Shown: piece by piece, positions 47,217 through 57,473 of the stretch | How positions within the stretch are numbered: position 1 is the first letter of the stretch | Layout of the letters: each line of letters starts with the position of its first letter | Source of the DNA: an uncultured Heliobacteriaceae bacterium | Lineage (GTDB): Bacteria > Acidobacteriota > Blastocatellia > RBC074 | DNA length: 64,000 bases | Assembly (NCBI GenBank): GCA_964631865.1 | Contig: CAZWAK010000020.1 | Span: 3,587-67,586 of the forward strand | Direction of reading: 5' to 3' | Program-made: the position numbers and the translations under genes | Notes under the pieces: model-generated | What the model was told of the DNA's origin: nothing | Databases searched by the model: none | What the model saw: only the letters and a program-made list of their open reading frames with translations

Positions 47217-47886
47217 CCTTCCTCCACACGCTCCCATCCACATACTCAATCCGCTTGATCGCAACCGCGTCCTGATGAAATTGCGACGGGTCTTGAAAGC
47301 TCTTGCTGCACACGGATTCAAATGCCTTGCCGTCGCTGATCGTCACCACTTTGCATTTCATTGCACCTTGCGGCAGCGGTTGTTTGAGCGTTTTTTTGCC
47401 ACCGGGTTTGATCTCGGCTTTGCTCGTCACGTCGTAGCGCAACAGCAGCTTGCCGTCTTCATAACGCGGAAAGGCGAAGTCCCAGACGATGGTTTTGATG
47501 GCTTTGTCCGAGGTGTTTTTGAGCGAGAGGTTCACCCACTCGGCCAGATCAATCACGCGAATCGTCGAGCGCAATCTGCCGCCGCTTTTGTCTTCGGGCG
47601 CAATCACGCCGCGCGGGGTGGATTGGTTGTAAGTCGAATTCCCACGATTCGCCTGCGCTGTGCGGCGCGCGATTTTTTCGGCTTCGGTGGGCGGAATCTC
47701 CACCGCTTCTGCCGTGAAGGCGGAAGGCTGACGATCCAGCAGCGGGTAGTAATTGTTGCCGATTTTGAAGCTGATGATTTCGAGCGCAGGCTTGTCAGCG
47801 GCTTGGTTCGATTGCGCGAGGCCAGAAGCGGAAGCGCAAACAACGCTCAGCAAAACTAACCACGACCGGAGTAACAGGCTTCTCAT
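47212..47886 (-). CDS. Secreted hypothetical protein
   Basis: Signal peptide, Ig-like beta content (NLSLKNTSDKAIKTIVWDF...IKRIEYVDGSVW). The stop TAG lies in the repeat arm. Confidence 0.75.
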   Translation of the reverse strand: MRSLLLRSWLVLLSVVCASASGLAQSNQAADKPALEIISFKIGNNYYPLLDRQPSAFTAEAVEIPPTEAEKIARRTAQANRGNSTYNQSTPRGVIAPEDKSGGRLRSTIRVIDLAEWVNLSLKNTSDKAIKTIVWDFAFPRYEDGKLLLRYDVTSKAEIKPGGKKTLKQPLPQGAMKCKVVTISDGKAFESVCSKSFQDPSQFHQDAVAIKRIEYVDGSVWRKE

Positions 47887-47945
47887 AACTGCTTCCTTTC
47901 TGCTGTGGGGAGATGATGGCTGCCATCTTACGCCTGCGGTGCGCG

Positions 47946-47992
47946 AAAGGAAAAGAAAAGCTCGCCCGATAAAAAATATCAGGCGAGCTTTT
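47946..47992 (-). terminator. Rho-independent terminator of the TonB receptor gene
   Basis: Minus strand AAAAGCTCGCCTGATA-loop-TATCGGGCGAGCTTTT followed by CTTTTCCTTTC. Confidence 0.8.
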
Positions 47993-48014
47993 GAGGAGGT
48001 GCTAAGCCGAAAGC

Positions 48015-51000
48015 CTAGAACTGATAGCGCAAGGCGAATTGCAGCTCGCGGTTGCCGCCTTTGCCCGAAATCTTGCCGAACGTACTGCGGGCAAGATCAA
48101 CTTTGCCGTCTGTGCCGATGACGACGTTGTTCGGGTTGGTATCTGGGCCGCTCCAATCCGGGTGATTCAACCAGTTGAAGGCTTCCGCGCGGAAGGTGAT
48201 GCGATGACCTTCCTTGATCGTGAAGTCTTTGTGGATGCCCAGATTGTGATTCTGGAAGCCGGGATTGTAGAGGATGTTGCGTACGCGATCCGTCACGATA
48301 GTGCCATTGGCGGGTTGCGTAAAGATGCGTGTGCCATCCGGGTTGGCAATATTAAACCAGAAGTTCGGTTCCGTCGTGCGATTAACCGCAAATTTCTGGC
48401 TGCCGCTGTCGAGCGTCGGGCTGCCACTCACACGCCAGAACTGTCCGCCGCTGCCCGTGCCGACACCTGCGAAGTCATCGCCTGTGCCGATGCTGAACGG
48501 CGTACCGGTCTGCATCTGCGACACGGCAGAGATGGTCCAGCCGCCGAGCAATTTGCCCGTCCAGCGCGAACGATCTTTGAAGATCGGCACTTCATAGACA
48601 GCATTGAGCACCATTACGTGACGGCGATCATAGCCCGCCGGCCCCCAAAGATTGCTGGTGTCGTAAGCGTTAGGGACAACGTCACGTTGCGCCGAACCAG
48701 CATCCCAAGTCTTCGAGAGCGTGTACGCGCCACCGAAACTCAAGCCCTGTGCGAAACGACGATTCACACTGAATTGCAATCCGTTGTAGAGCGAATTCGC
48801 TTCGTTGCCCGTCACGCGAATAACTGCATAGCCCTTGTATGGACGCAGCGCGTCTACGTTCGCTCCAGCGTTGGCGGCGAGGAAGCGTGCGCCGACTGGC
48901 AACTGGTTCAGGTTCCGTTCGCGTTGTCCGAACAATCCGCGCCGTCCCACATAGCCGACTTCGACCGTCGTGTTCCAGCCGATTTCGCGCTCGTAGGTCA
49001 TATTCCACGTCCAGGCTTCGGGCGCACGGAAGTTTCTGTCCTGCGTGGTGATTGTCAGCGGGAAGTTGACGCCCGCCGCGCCGCCCGGACTGTCCACGTT
49101 GCCGAAGCTCACCGAGACGGACGGTTGCAGCGGCGGATTACCGCCGAGGAACACCGAGTCGCTGACGCCGAGGCGGGTCAGGAAGCGGCCTGCGCCGCCG
49201 CGCAGCACGTTCTTGTCATTGAAGGCGTACGCAAAGCCAATACGTGGTTGGAACGTGTTCCAGGGGTTGAGGTCGGAATAGGATTTGTTTTCCGCGCCCC
49301 CACGGAACAGGAAATCAAATTCGCCTGTGGTCGCAATCGGTACACGCCCCGGGCCTTTGGCCGCATCCGGCCAGCCATTGCCCGGAATCACCATGCCGTT
49401 GTAGCGCGCTTGCAAAGTGCCTGCCGTGATACGCCCCGTCGCACGATCAATGGTGAGCGGGAGATTCGGGTCGTAATACTTCGGATCAAACACCAGCATG
49501 TTACGCCACAAGCTGTAATATGGCTGGATCAGCGAATGCCGCAGCCCGGCTTCCAGACGCAGCTTCGGCGTCATCTTCCAGGAATCCTGCACGAACCACT
49601 CGACCATGTGGCCGCGATACGGCGTGAACGACCGCGTACCTAATTCGGCGTACGTGTCGAACAAACCAATCGCTGCATTGGCGAGGGCAATGCCCGTGCC
49701 GTTCGGCGTCGTCCGGTTGAACACGAAACGACCATTCTGGTTGTTGGTTCCGCCGGGCACACCTGCGACGTTGATCTGGTCAAAGTCGTTTTGTCCGGCA
49801 CGCTCGAAGTAGCCGCCGAATTTGAACGTGTGGTTGCCGCGAATGTTCGTCCAGTTCTGATTGGCCTGATAAATCGGGCCAGTGGATTGCGCCGGATACG
49901 GGCCGCCATCCAAACCGGTGAAATCCTGCCAGTCTACAGTCGGAATCTTGTCGGTGATTTCCTTCTGTGCGCCGGGGAAAATGTACGGATAGTTGATGCC
50001 GTATTTGCTGCGGCGGAAGCGGTCGCCTTCGGTTTGCACTTTGATGAAGACCTGATCGCGGCTGCCCGCAATCAAGGTTTCTGCAATCCAGGTCGGTGAG
50101 AGCGTCCACACCCAGTTGATCGTCGCAGTTTGATTCGGACGGTCAAGTGTGGCAGGCGCGCGATCTGTGCCACCGCGGAAAGCATCCGGGAAGGTTCCGT
50201 CATAAAGCTGCGCGCGGAAGCGGAATTGATGTTGCTCGGTTGGGTAAAAGTCCACCGAAATAGTGTTCTTGAGTTGTGAGCGATTGGCGGCGCGCGATTG
50301 GAAGAAGTTCTGTCCGCTGGGGCCGAAGAAACCCGCAATCGGATCAGGCATAGCGCGCATCAGCGCCAGACCGTTCGGACTCAGCCGCGCGGCGGGAATC
50401 TTGTTGATCACGCCGCCATCGCTGAAGCAGCCCGTCGTGTCGGTGGCGCTGCATCCGCCCGCCTTTTGCGGGTCTTTGACATAGTAGTTCAAGCCGAGCG
50501 CCGCCACATAGTTCGGGCCGCCGGGAAGCGTTTCGCTGAAATCCCCCGTGCGCATGCGTGCCGTTGGGACGCGAATCGTGGTCGTCTGTTCGCGATTGAA
50601 GCGGAACCATTCTTGTCCCCACAGCCAGAAGAGTTTGTTGCGTCCGGCGTTGAAATCGGTGCCGGGGATAATGACCGGGCCACTCAGGTTGTACCCGAAT
50701 TGGTTATAGCGGAACGGTTCCGGGCGACAGTGGTTGGCTTTCTCAAAGCGCGGATCGCTGCACGGCTGGTTTGCGGGCGTTGCCGCGTTGCGTCCCCACG
50801 AGTTGGCGTTGAGCGCCGAATTGCGATGATACTCGTAGAAGTTACCGTGAAAATCTTTGGCACCCGATTTCGTCACGATGCGAATCTGACCGCCCGCCGA
50901 ACGTCCATACTCGGCGTTGTAGTTCGCCGTCAGAATTTGGATTTCCTGCGTTGAATCGAGGTCAGCCACGCCGATGGAGGTGCCGTTCGAGCGCGTGCGG

Positions 51001-51614
51001 ATACCGACCGCGCCGTCAAACGTAATTAGGTTGTCCTGCGAACGCGAACCATTGATATTAAAGCCGCCGCTAGTGCCCTCGGCGCTGAAACCGCCGAGCG
51101 CACCGCCCGCCACGCCGGGTTTGAGCAGCGCCAGGAACAACGGGTTACGGCCATTGAGTTGCAGCTTTTCGACCTGCTGCACGTCCACCAGTTTGCCGAC
51201 CGTAGATGATTCGGTCTGCACCTGATTGGACGAAGCGGTGATGTTCACGACTTCGGTGACTTGTCCGGGCTGCAACGTGGCGTCCACGCGCGCCGGAAGG
51301 TTGGGATCAAGTTTGCGACCCGTTTCTTTGTAGAGCTTGAAGCCGCCAGCCTCAATCGAAACGGTGTATAAGCCGGGCGACAATTGGGTGATGATGTAAT
51401 AACCATCGCTGTTCGTGGTGGCCAATCGTTCAAGACCGGTGGCGTCATTCGTCACCGTGACTTTGGCGTTGGCGATCACCGCGCCGGCCTGGTCTTTGAT
51501 AGTGCCGGAAAGCTGTGTGTTATCGGATTGCGCCAAGGCTAGCACGGAGCCAAGCACCAGGCACAACCCAATGCTCAGCAGTTGCACGAGCATTTTTGGT
51601 TTTTGGGTAATCAT
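48015..51614 (-). CDS. TonB-dependent receptor, Oar-like, with carboxypeptidase-regulatory N-terminal domain
   Basis: Signal peptide, LSGTIKDQAGAVIANAKV, plug QEIQILTANYNAEYGRSAGG, C-terminal FRAEAFNWLNHP...RELQFALRYQF. Confidence 0.92.
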   Translation of the reverse strand: MITQKPKMLVQLLSIGLCLVLGSVLALAQSDNTQLSGTIKDQAGAVIANAKVTVTNDATGLERLATTNSDGYYIITQLSPGLYTVSIEAGGFKLYKETGRKLDPNLPARVDATLQPGQVTEVVNITASSNQVQTESSTVGKLVDVQQVEKLQLNGRNPLFLALLKPGVAGGALGGFSAEGTSGGFNINGSRSQDNLITFDGAVGIRTRSNGTSIGVADLDSTQEIQILTANYNAEYGRSAGGQIRIVTKSGAKDFHGNFYEYHRNSALNANSWGRNAATPANQPCSDPRFEKANHCRPEPFRYNQFGYNLSGPVIIPGTDFNAGRNKLFWLWGQEWFRFNREQTTTIRVPTARMRTGDFSETLPGGPNYVAALGLNYYVKDPQKAGGCSATDTTGCFSDGGVINKIPAARLSPNGLALMRAMPDPIAGFFGPSGQNFFQSRAANRSQLKNTISVDFYPTEQHQFRFRAQLYDGTFPDAFRGGTDRAPATLDRPNQTATINWVWTLSPTWIAETLIAGSRDQVFIKVQTEGDRFRRSKYGINYPYIFPGAQKEITDKIPTVDWQDFTGLDGGPYPAQSTGPIYQANQNWTNIRGNHTFKFGGYFERAGQNDFDQINVAGVPGGTNNQNGRFVFNRTTPNGTGIALANAAIGLFDTYAELGTRSFTPYRGHMVEWFVQDSWKMTPKLRLEAGLRHSLIQPYYSLWRNMLVFDPKYYDPNLPLTIDRATGRITAGTLQARYNGMVIPGNGWPDAAKGPGRVPIATTGEFDFLFRGGAENKSYSDLNPWNTFQPRIGFAYAFNDKNVLRGGAGRFLTRLGVSDSVFLGGNPPLQPSVSVSFGNVDSPGGAAGVNFPLTITTQDRNFRAPEAWTWNMTYEREIGWNTTVEVGYVGRRGLFGQRERNLNQLPVGARFLAANAGANVDALRPYKGYAVIRVTGNEANSLYNGLQFSVNRRFAQGLSFGGAYTLSKTWDAGSAQRDVVPNAYDTSNLWGPAGYDRRHVMVLNAVYEVPIFKDRSRWTGKLLGGWTISAVSQMQTGTPFSIGTGDDFAGVGTGSGGQFWRVSGSPTLDSGSQKFAVNRTTEPNFWFNIANPDGTRIFTQPANGTIVTDRVRNILYNPGFQNHNLGIHKDFTIKEGHRITFRAEAFNWLNHPDWSGPDTNPNNVVIGTDGKVDLARSTFGKISGKGGNRELQFALRYQF

Positions 51615-51968
51615 TTGATGTACTCCTCTGAGAATGACCGCAGCCCGAAGAGGCTACGGAAGATTTTGCTGCACGAACGACTTTCCCAATGAGCAACGAA
51701 TTCGGAAGCCGCTGCACAGCTTTTCAAAGTTTGGTAATAACAAGTTCGAGGATTGTATTTTCAGCCCAGCAGTGCCGACTAAGTCTGCCATCGGTGGAAT
51801 TTCAGGAGATGGCCTTCGTGAACTTCGCTTGATCTCGTCAGCTTGCCGCGAATTATCGCCAGTGGTTTGACCAACTGTCAAGAGTGCGAGTATGCTTACG
51901 GCTCTTCGTGCCCTAAAATTTACGTTTCCTTAAACCCATCACTTGACACCCGCTTTCGGAGGATTTTT

Positions 51969-53324
<1,356 letters not shown>

Positions 53325-53335
53325 GCTTTGCTGGA

Positions 53336-53434
53336 GTAGACGGTAGACGGTAGACGGTAGGTTTAGGCACCAGGTTCCATTGCGCTGCGCGAGCGTGCGA
53401 TCAATCGCCAGCGCAATGGGACGGTAGACGGTAG
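53336..53434. repeat. Left arm of four-helix-bundle element: GTAGACG array, including a 37-bp direct duplication
   Basis: GTAGACG x3.5 at 53336-53360. 53346-53382 is identical to 53420-53456. Confidence 0.9.
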
Positions 53435-53466
53435 GTTTAGGCACCAGGTTCCATTGGGGAGAAATT

Positions 53467-53838
53467 ATGTCGCCGGCAAAAACATTTCAGGACTTGGAGG
53501 TTTGGAAGTTGGCACATCAGTTTGTGTTGAGTATTTACAAACTGACGGAAGGACTGCCGAAGCACGAAATGTTTGGGTTGACCTCGCAGTTACGTCGAGC
53601 GGCGGTTTCCGTTCCGGCGAATATTGCCGAAGGTTTCAAAAAGCGAACTCCTGCGGACAAGGCAAAGTTCTATAACATCTCGCAAGGCTCACTAGAAGAA
53701 TGCCGTTATTACCTGATCCTGATCCACGATCTTCAATATGCAGAAACCCCTCAGTTGCAAGATGAAGTAGATCGAATAGCCCGTGTTCTCGATTCCTATT
53801 TGAAAGCGATGTTAGAAGGATTTGCGACCTCTCGATAA
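53467..53838 (+). CDS. Four helix bundle protein (23S rRNA IVP / Avd-like family)
   Basis: FQDLEVWKLAH, LPKHEMFGLTSQLRRAAVSVPANIAEG, FYNISQGSLEECRYYLIL..DLQY. Confidence 0.95.
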   Translation: MSPAKTFQDLEVWKLAHQFVLSIYKLTEGLPKHEMFGLTSQLRRAAVSVPANIAEGFKKRTPADKAKFYNISQGSLEECRYYLILIHDLQYAETPQLQDEVDRIARVLDSYLKAMLEGFATSR

Positions 53839-53841
53839 CAA

Positions 53842-53927
53842 CTACCGTCTACCGTCTACCGTCTACCGTCTACCGTCTACTGTCTACTGTCTACCGTCTA
53901 CCGTCTACCGTCTACTGTCTACTGTCT
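53842..53927. repeat. Right arm: CTACYGT x12 tandem array, reverse complement of left arm
   Basis: 12 complete heptamers at 53842-53925, ending 3 nt before ATG 53929. Confidence 0.95.
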
Positions 53928-53928
53928 T

Positions 53929-55197
53929 ATGCCTAATCCTGTTGTCACTGCGATCCGAAGCGGCTCTGCGCCTGCGCCCGCGAAAATGGCGGCGGCGCGT
54001 GCAGCCCTGCCGTTGCCGCCCGAACACATGCTCGAAGTGCTCGTCTTGTTGACGCAGGACGCGGACGCTGAACTGAGCGCGACCGCGACGAAATCGCTCA
54101 ACGAATTTGACGCGGAACGGATGAAGAATGTGGTGATGATGAAAGAAACCGCGCGCGACGTGTTGCAACATTTATGCTCGTGGCGCGGCGGCAAACGCGA
54201 AGTCTATGAAGCTTTGATCCTGAACGACGCGACGCCTGATCCAGGCATCACGGAATTGGCGCGCTGGAACAAAGACGGCGCGGTGCTCGAACTCATCGCG
54301 ATCAATCAGGAGCGCATGATTCGTTACCCCGACATCATCAGCGCGCTCATTGACAACAAAGCCAGCACGCCCGAAGCCGTGCGCCGCGCGACCGAAGTGC
54401 GCATTGAATTCTTCGAGAAAGAACTCGGCGCAAAACGCATCGAAGAAGAACGCCGCGCCCGTGCCGCCGCCGCTTCGGCAGCATTGGGCTTACGCTACGT
54501 CGAAGAATCGCTCGTCGAATTGATTGACGAAGACATCGCGGCAGAAGACTTGAAGTTGGAAAACGCGCTGGGGTCGGAAGATGATCCGAAGATCGGGCCG
54601 GAATTCCTCCGCGCCATTCGCGACGAAGTCCAGCGCGTGCAAGCCGAGCCAGTCGTGGAAGCGCCCGTCGTCGCGCCGCCTGAGACCCCAGCCGAAGCCG
54701 CGCCCGACGAGGATGTAGAAACACAACAGGCCGTCAACGAAATCCTCAATCAGATGAAGGCCGATGGCGAAGAAGCGACGGCGGAACGGCTGACGATTAT
54801 GCAAAAGATCGCGCGCATGAGTGCGAAGGCGCGCGTGCAATTGGCGCTCAAAGGCAACCGCGAAGCGCGCAACATTCTGCGTCGCGATTCCAGCAAATCC
54901 GTCATCCTCGGCGTGCTGGGCAACCCGCGCATCACCGAATCTGAAGTCGAAGCGATTTCGGCGATGAAGACCTTGCCCGAAGAAGCGTTGCGCTTGATTG
55001 CCCTGAACCGCATGTGGATTCGCAACTATCCGATTGTTCACAATCTGGTGCGCAACGCGCGCACGCCCGTCGCGACGAGTCTGCCGCTCTTGAATCGCTT
55101 GTTCCCGAAAGACCTCAAAGGCCTGACCGGCAATCGCAACGTGCCCGATGTGTTGCGCAAACAGGCGGATCGGTTGGTGAAGGCGAAGAAGATTTAG
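53929..55197 (+). CDS. Conserved hypothetical helical-repeat protein
   Basis: 422-aa alpha-helical ORF with acidic linker and C-terminal repeats (LALKGNREARNILRRD...VLGNPRITESEV...LVRNARTP). Confidence 0.8.
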   Translation: MPNPVVTAIRSGSAPAPAKMAAARAALPLPPEHMLEVLVLLTQDADAELSATATKSLNEFDAERMKNVVMMKETARDVLQHLCSWRGGKREVYEALILNDATPDPGITELARWNKDGAVLELIAINQERMIRYPDIISALIDNKASTPEAVRRATEVRIEFFEKELGAKRIEEERRARAAAASAALGLRYVEESLVELIDEDIAAEDLKLENALGSEDDPKIGPEFLRAIRDEVQRVQAEPVVEAPVVAPPETPAEAAPDEDVETQQAVNEILNQMKADGEEATAERLTIMQKIARMSAKARVQLALKGNREARNILRRDSSKSVILGVLGNPRITESEVEAISAMKTLPEEALRLIALNRMWIRNYPIVHNLVRNARTPVATSLPLLNRLFPKDLKGLTGNRNVPDVLRKQADRLVKAKKI

Positions 55198-55221
55198 GCA
55201 GTCACACAAAAATTCTGCGCG

Positions 55222-55373
55222 GTGGCGCGATTTGCTAAATCGCGTTACGAACCCCTGCGGTGTGGCGCGATTTGCCAAATCGCGTTACGAACCCCTGCGG
55301 TGTGGCGCGATTTGCCAAATCGCGTTACGAACCCCTGCGGTGTGGCGCGATTTGCCAAATCGCGCTACGAACC
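55222..55373. repeat. Tandem array of four 40-bp REP units (GTGG + CGCGATTTG-C-CAAATCGCG palindrome)
   Basis: Units start at 55222, 55262, 55302 and 55342, with identical 13-nt linkers GAACCCCTGCGGT, between convergent genes. Confidence 0.9.
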
Positions 55374-55985
55374 TTGCACAGGCAGAGAGAAATGTTTTTT
55401 GAGCAGCATCAGGCCCGCGCGGACACGAGTCTTGACTGTGCCGAGCGGCAGGGCAAAGCGTTCTGCCAACTCTGTCTGACTGAGTCCTTCAAAATACGCC
55501 GCTTCAATCAACATCCGCTGTTCCGGGGTCAGTTGTGCCAACGCGCGGCGCACCGTCTGACTGCGTTCAGCATAGATGCTCATCTTTTCGGGATTGTCGC
55601 CAGGCGCGGCATAATGCACGACGGTGTCCAGCGTTTCGGTTTCCTGGCGCAAATACGAAGCGGAACGCAAACGATCAATCGAACGGGTGCGCGCAATCGT
55701 CATCAGCCACGAGAGCACCGTGCCGCGCATCGCTTCAAACTGCGCCGCCTGTCGCCACACTTGCATATAAATGTCGGTCGTGACTTCTTCTGCCGTCTCC
55801 CGATTGCCCAAAATGCGCAGCGCCAAACTAAACACCAGCCGATGCGTCTGATCGTAGAAGGTCGTGAACGCTTCCTGCTCGCCGCGCGCGATGGCGGTCA
55901 TCAACTTGCCCAATTGCTGGTCCTGGTCGGAACGCGGGACCGCTTTGGTCGGGGTCGAACTCAAGATTTGGGATGGTGCTGTCAT
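55365..55985 (-). CDS. ECF sigma-70 factor (SigK-like)
   Basis: AEEVTTDIYMQVWRQA.QF...RGTVLSWL..IARTRSID; YFEGLSQTELA....PLGTVKTRVR. The stop lies in the last REP unit. Confidence 0.92.
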   Translation of the reverse strand: MTAPSQILSSTPTKAVPRSDQDQQLGKLMTAIARGEQEAFTTFYDQTHRLVFSLALRILGNRETAEEVTTDIYMQVWRQAAQFEAMRGTVLSWLMTIARTRSIDRLRSASYLRQETETLDTVVHYAAPGDNPEKMSIYAERSQTVRRALAQLTPEQRMLIEAAYFEGLSQTELAERFALPLGTVKTRVRAGLMLLKKHFSLPVQGS

Positions 55986-55996
55986 AACCGCTCTCC

Positions 55997-56227
55997 TCAC
56001 AGGTCAGTTTGAAACGATGGCTCTTCGGCTGGTTCGGGTTCCATCTCTTCCGGCGCATCTTCCGGCTGGTAGTTTTGGCACGCCGCGACGATCCACTGCA
56101 GCGCCTCTTCGGGGGTGGCCGTGCGCTGGCGTTCGCCTTTTTGGATATGCTCAATGTCAAACACGATCTTTTCCGCGCCGTCCCGAATCACCCAACAACG
56201 CACTAAAAATGAACTGTACAGTTTCAT
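55997..56227 (-). CDS. Small hypothetical protein (76 aa) upstream of the ECF sigma
   Basis: MKLYSSFLVRCWVIRDGAEKIVFDIEHIQKGE..., with acidic tail. Its 3' end carries the GAGGAG RBS of the sigma gene. Confidence 0.65.
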   Translation of the reverse strand: MKLYSSFLVRCWVIRDGAEKIVFDIEHIQKGERQRTATPEEALQWIVAACQNYQPEDAPEEMEPEPAEEPSFQTDL

Positions 56228-56443
56228 CGCTTCAATTCTCCTGCTGTTGCTGTCAAAGTATGAGGCAACCTTACCAAACCGTGCTTCCAGGAATGTTCCG
56301 CCGCCCTGCAATTTGTGCTTCCAGTCGCCTTCCAAATTCGTTCCAACCGGGAAAGCGTTGTGATCGTTGGGATTAGAAGAAATTGGGCGGCGAATATTTA
56401 TGGCAGAAAATATTTTTATTTGCTTCTCACACCTCCGCAAAGT

Positions 56444-56484
56444 TGTGACGCAGATCACGCGGGTCTGTGATTGCGGTCACAGAC
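56444..56484. promoter_or_regulatory. Two tandem CRP-type boxes upstream of the cytochrome operon
   Basis: TGTGA-cgcaga-TCACG (56444-56459) and TGTGA-ttgcgg-TCACA (56466-56481, extended palindrome GTCTGTGA/TCACAGAC), 22 bp apart. Confidence 0.8.
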
Positions 56485-56624
56485 GCATTCTGCGATTCAG
56501 GCGTAAACTCCAGTTGCCGTGTAGATCGAATACAAGTTTTCCTTTCGATAGTCGTTACAACAATTGATGTCAGAAGCTTGTGGCCCTAGAGGCCGCCGTT
56601 TTGCCCCTATCTGGGAGGTGTGCT

Positions 56625-57434
56625 GTGCTCAAGAAGCTGATTGCCGTAGTTGCCTTTGTCCTGTTCGGTTTCCTATGGATTCCCAGTCAGGCAACCCTTT
56701 CCTCGACTCAGGATGCGTTGGCTGCATTCAAAAGCAACAATTGTGTGACGTGTCATTCGCGGGCGCGCGCACCGTATGAATTGACCACCAAATACGCGGA
56801 GTGGCACATGTCGCTGCACCGCGACAAAGGTGTCGGCTGCGAAAAATGTCACGGCGGCGATCCGGCGGCGACCGATAAGGTCAAATCGCACGTGGGAATG
56901 CTGCCGCCGAAAGAGGCCGACAGTCGGTTGCATCCGAAAAATCTGGCTTCCACCTGTGGCGCGTGTCACAAGGAAATTGCCAACTCTTTTGTCGAGAGCA
57001 AGCATTTCCAAAGTCTGAAAAGCGCGGGCATCGGGCCGTCGTGCAACACCTGTCACGCGCACATGGCGTCCGAAGTCCTTTACCTGCCGGAGCAAGCCGC
57101 GAACCTCTGCGCCAGTTGTCATGATTCCTCCAATGCGTTGATGCCCAAGCGCCCGGAAATCCCCAAACAAGCCGACGAAACGATGCAAGCCCTCAAGCGC
57201 GCGAACTTCGTTGTCGGTTGGGCAGATCGGCTGCTGGAACAGGCCCAGGGCAAAAAGCTGGACACCACCGAGGCGGCCAAGGAAATGAAAGTGGTGCGCG
57301 CGATGCTGGCCGAGTCAAAAATAAGCTGGCACGTCTTCAATCTGGAGGTCGTGCGCAAGAAAGCAGATGCCGCTTTTGAGGAGGGGACAAAGGTGAAAGA
57401 TGAGTTGCGCAAGAAGTTGTACCCCAACTCATAA
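56625..57434 (+). CDS. Periplasmic pentaheme c-type cytochrome with C-terminal helical domain
   Basis: Five CxxCH motifs (CVTCH, CEKCH, CGACH, CNTCH, CASCH). GGAGG RBS before GTG 56625. Signal peptide. Confidence 0.88.
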   Translation: MLKKLIAVVAFVLFGFLWIPSQATLSSTQDALAAFKSNNCVTCHSRARAPYELTTKYAEWHMSLHRDKGVGCEKCHGGDPAATDKVKSHVGMLPPKEADSRLHPKNLASTCGACHKEIANSFVESKHFQSLKSAGIGPSCNTCHAHMASEVLYLPEQAANLCASCHDSSNALMPKRPEIPKQADETMQALKRANFVVGWADRLLEQAQGKKLDTTEAAKEMKVVRAMLAESKISWHVFNLEVVRKKADAAFEEGTKVKDELRKKLYPNS

Positions 57435-57473
57435 GGTTCTCCTGCGATCCCCGCTTTTTACGGGAGTTTATCT

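Noticed and set aside
53467-53838. Diversity-generating retroelement or rRNA intervening sequence
   Set aside because: No reverse transcriptase, TR/VR pair with A-specific mismatches, or rRNA sequence is in the window.
55222-55373. Possible CRISPR array (palindromic repeat x4)
   Set aside because: The 13-nt linkers are identical rather than unique spacers and there are no cas genes. It fits a REP tandem array.
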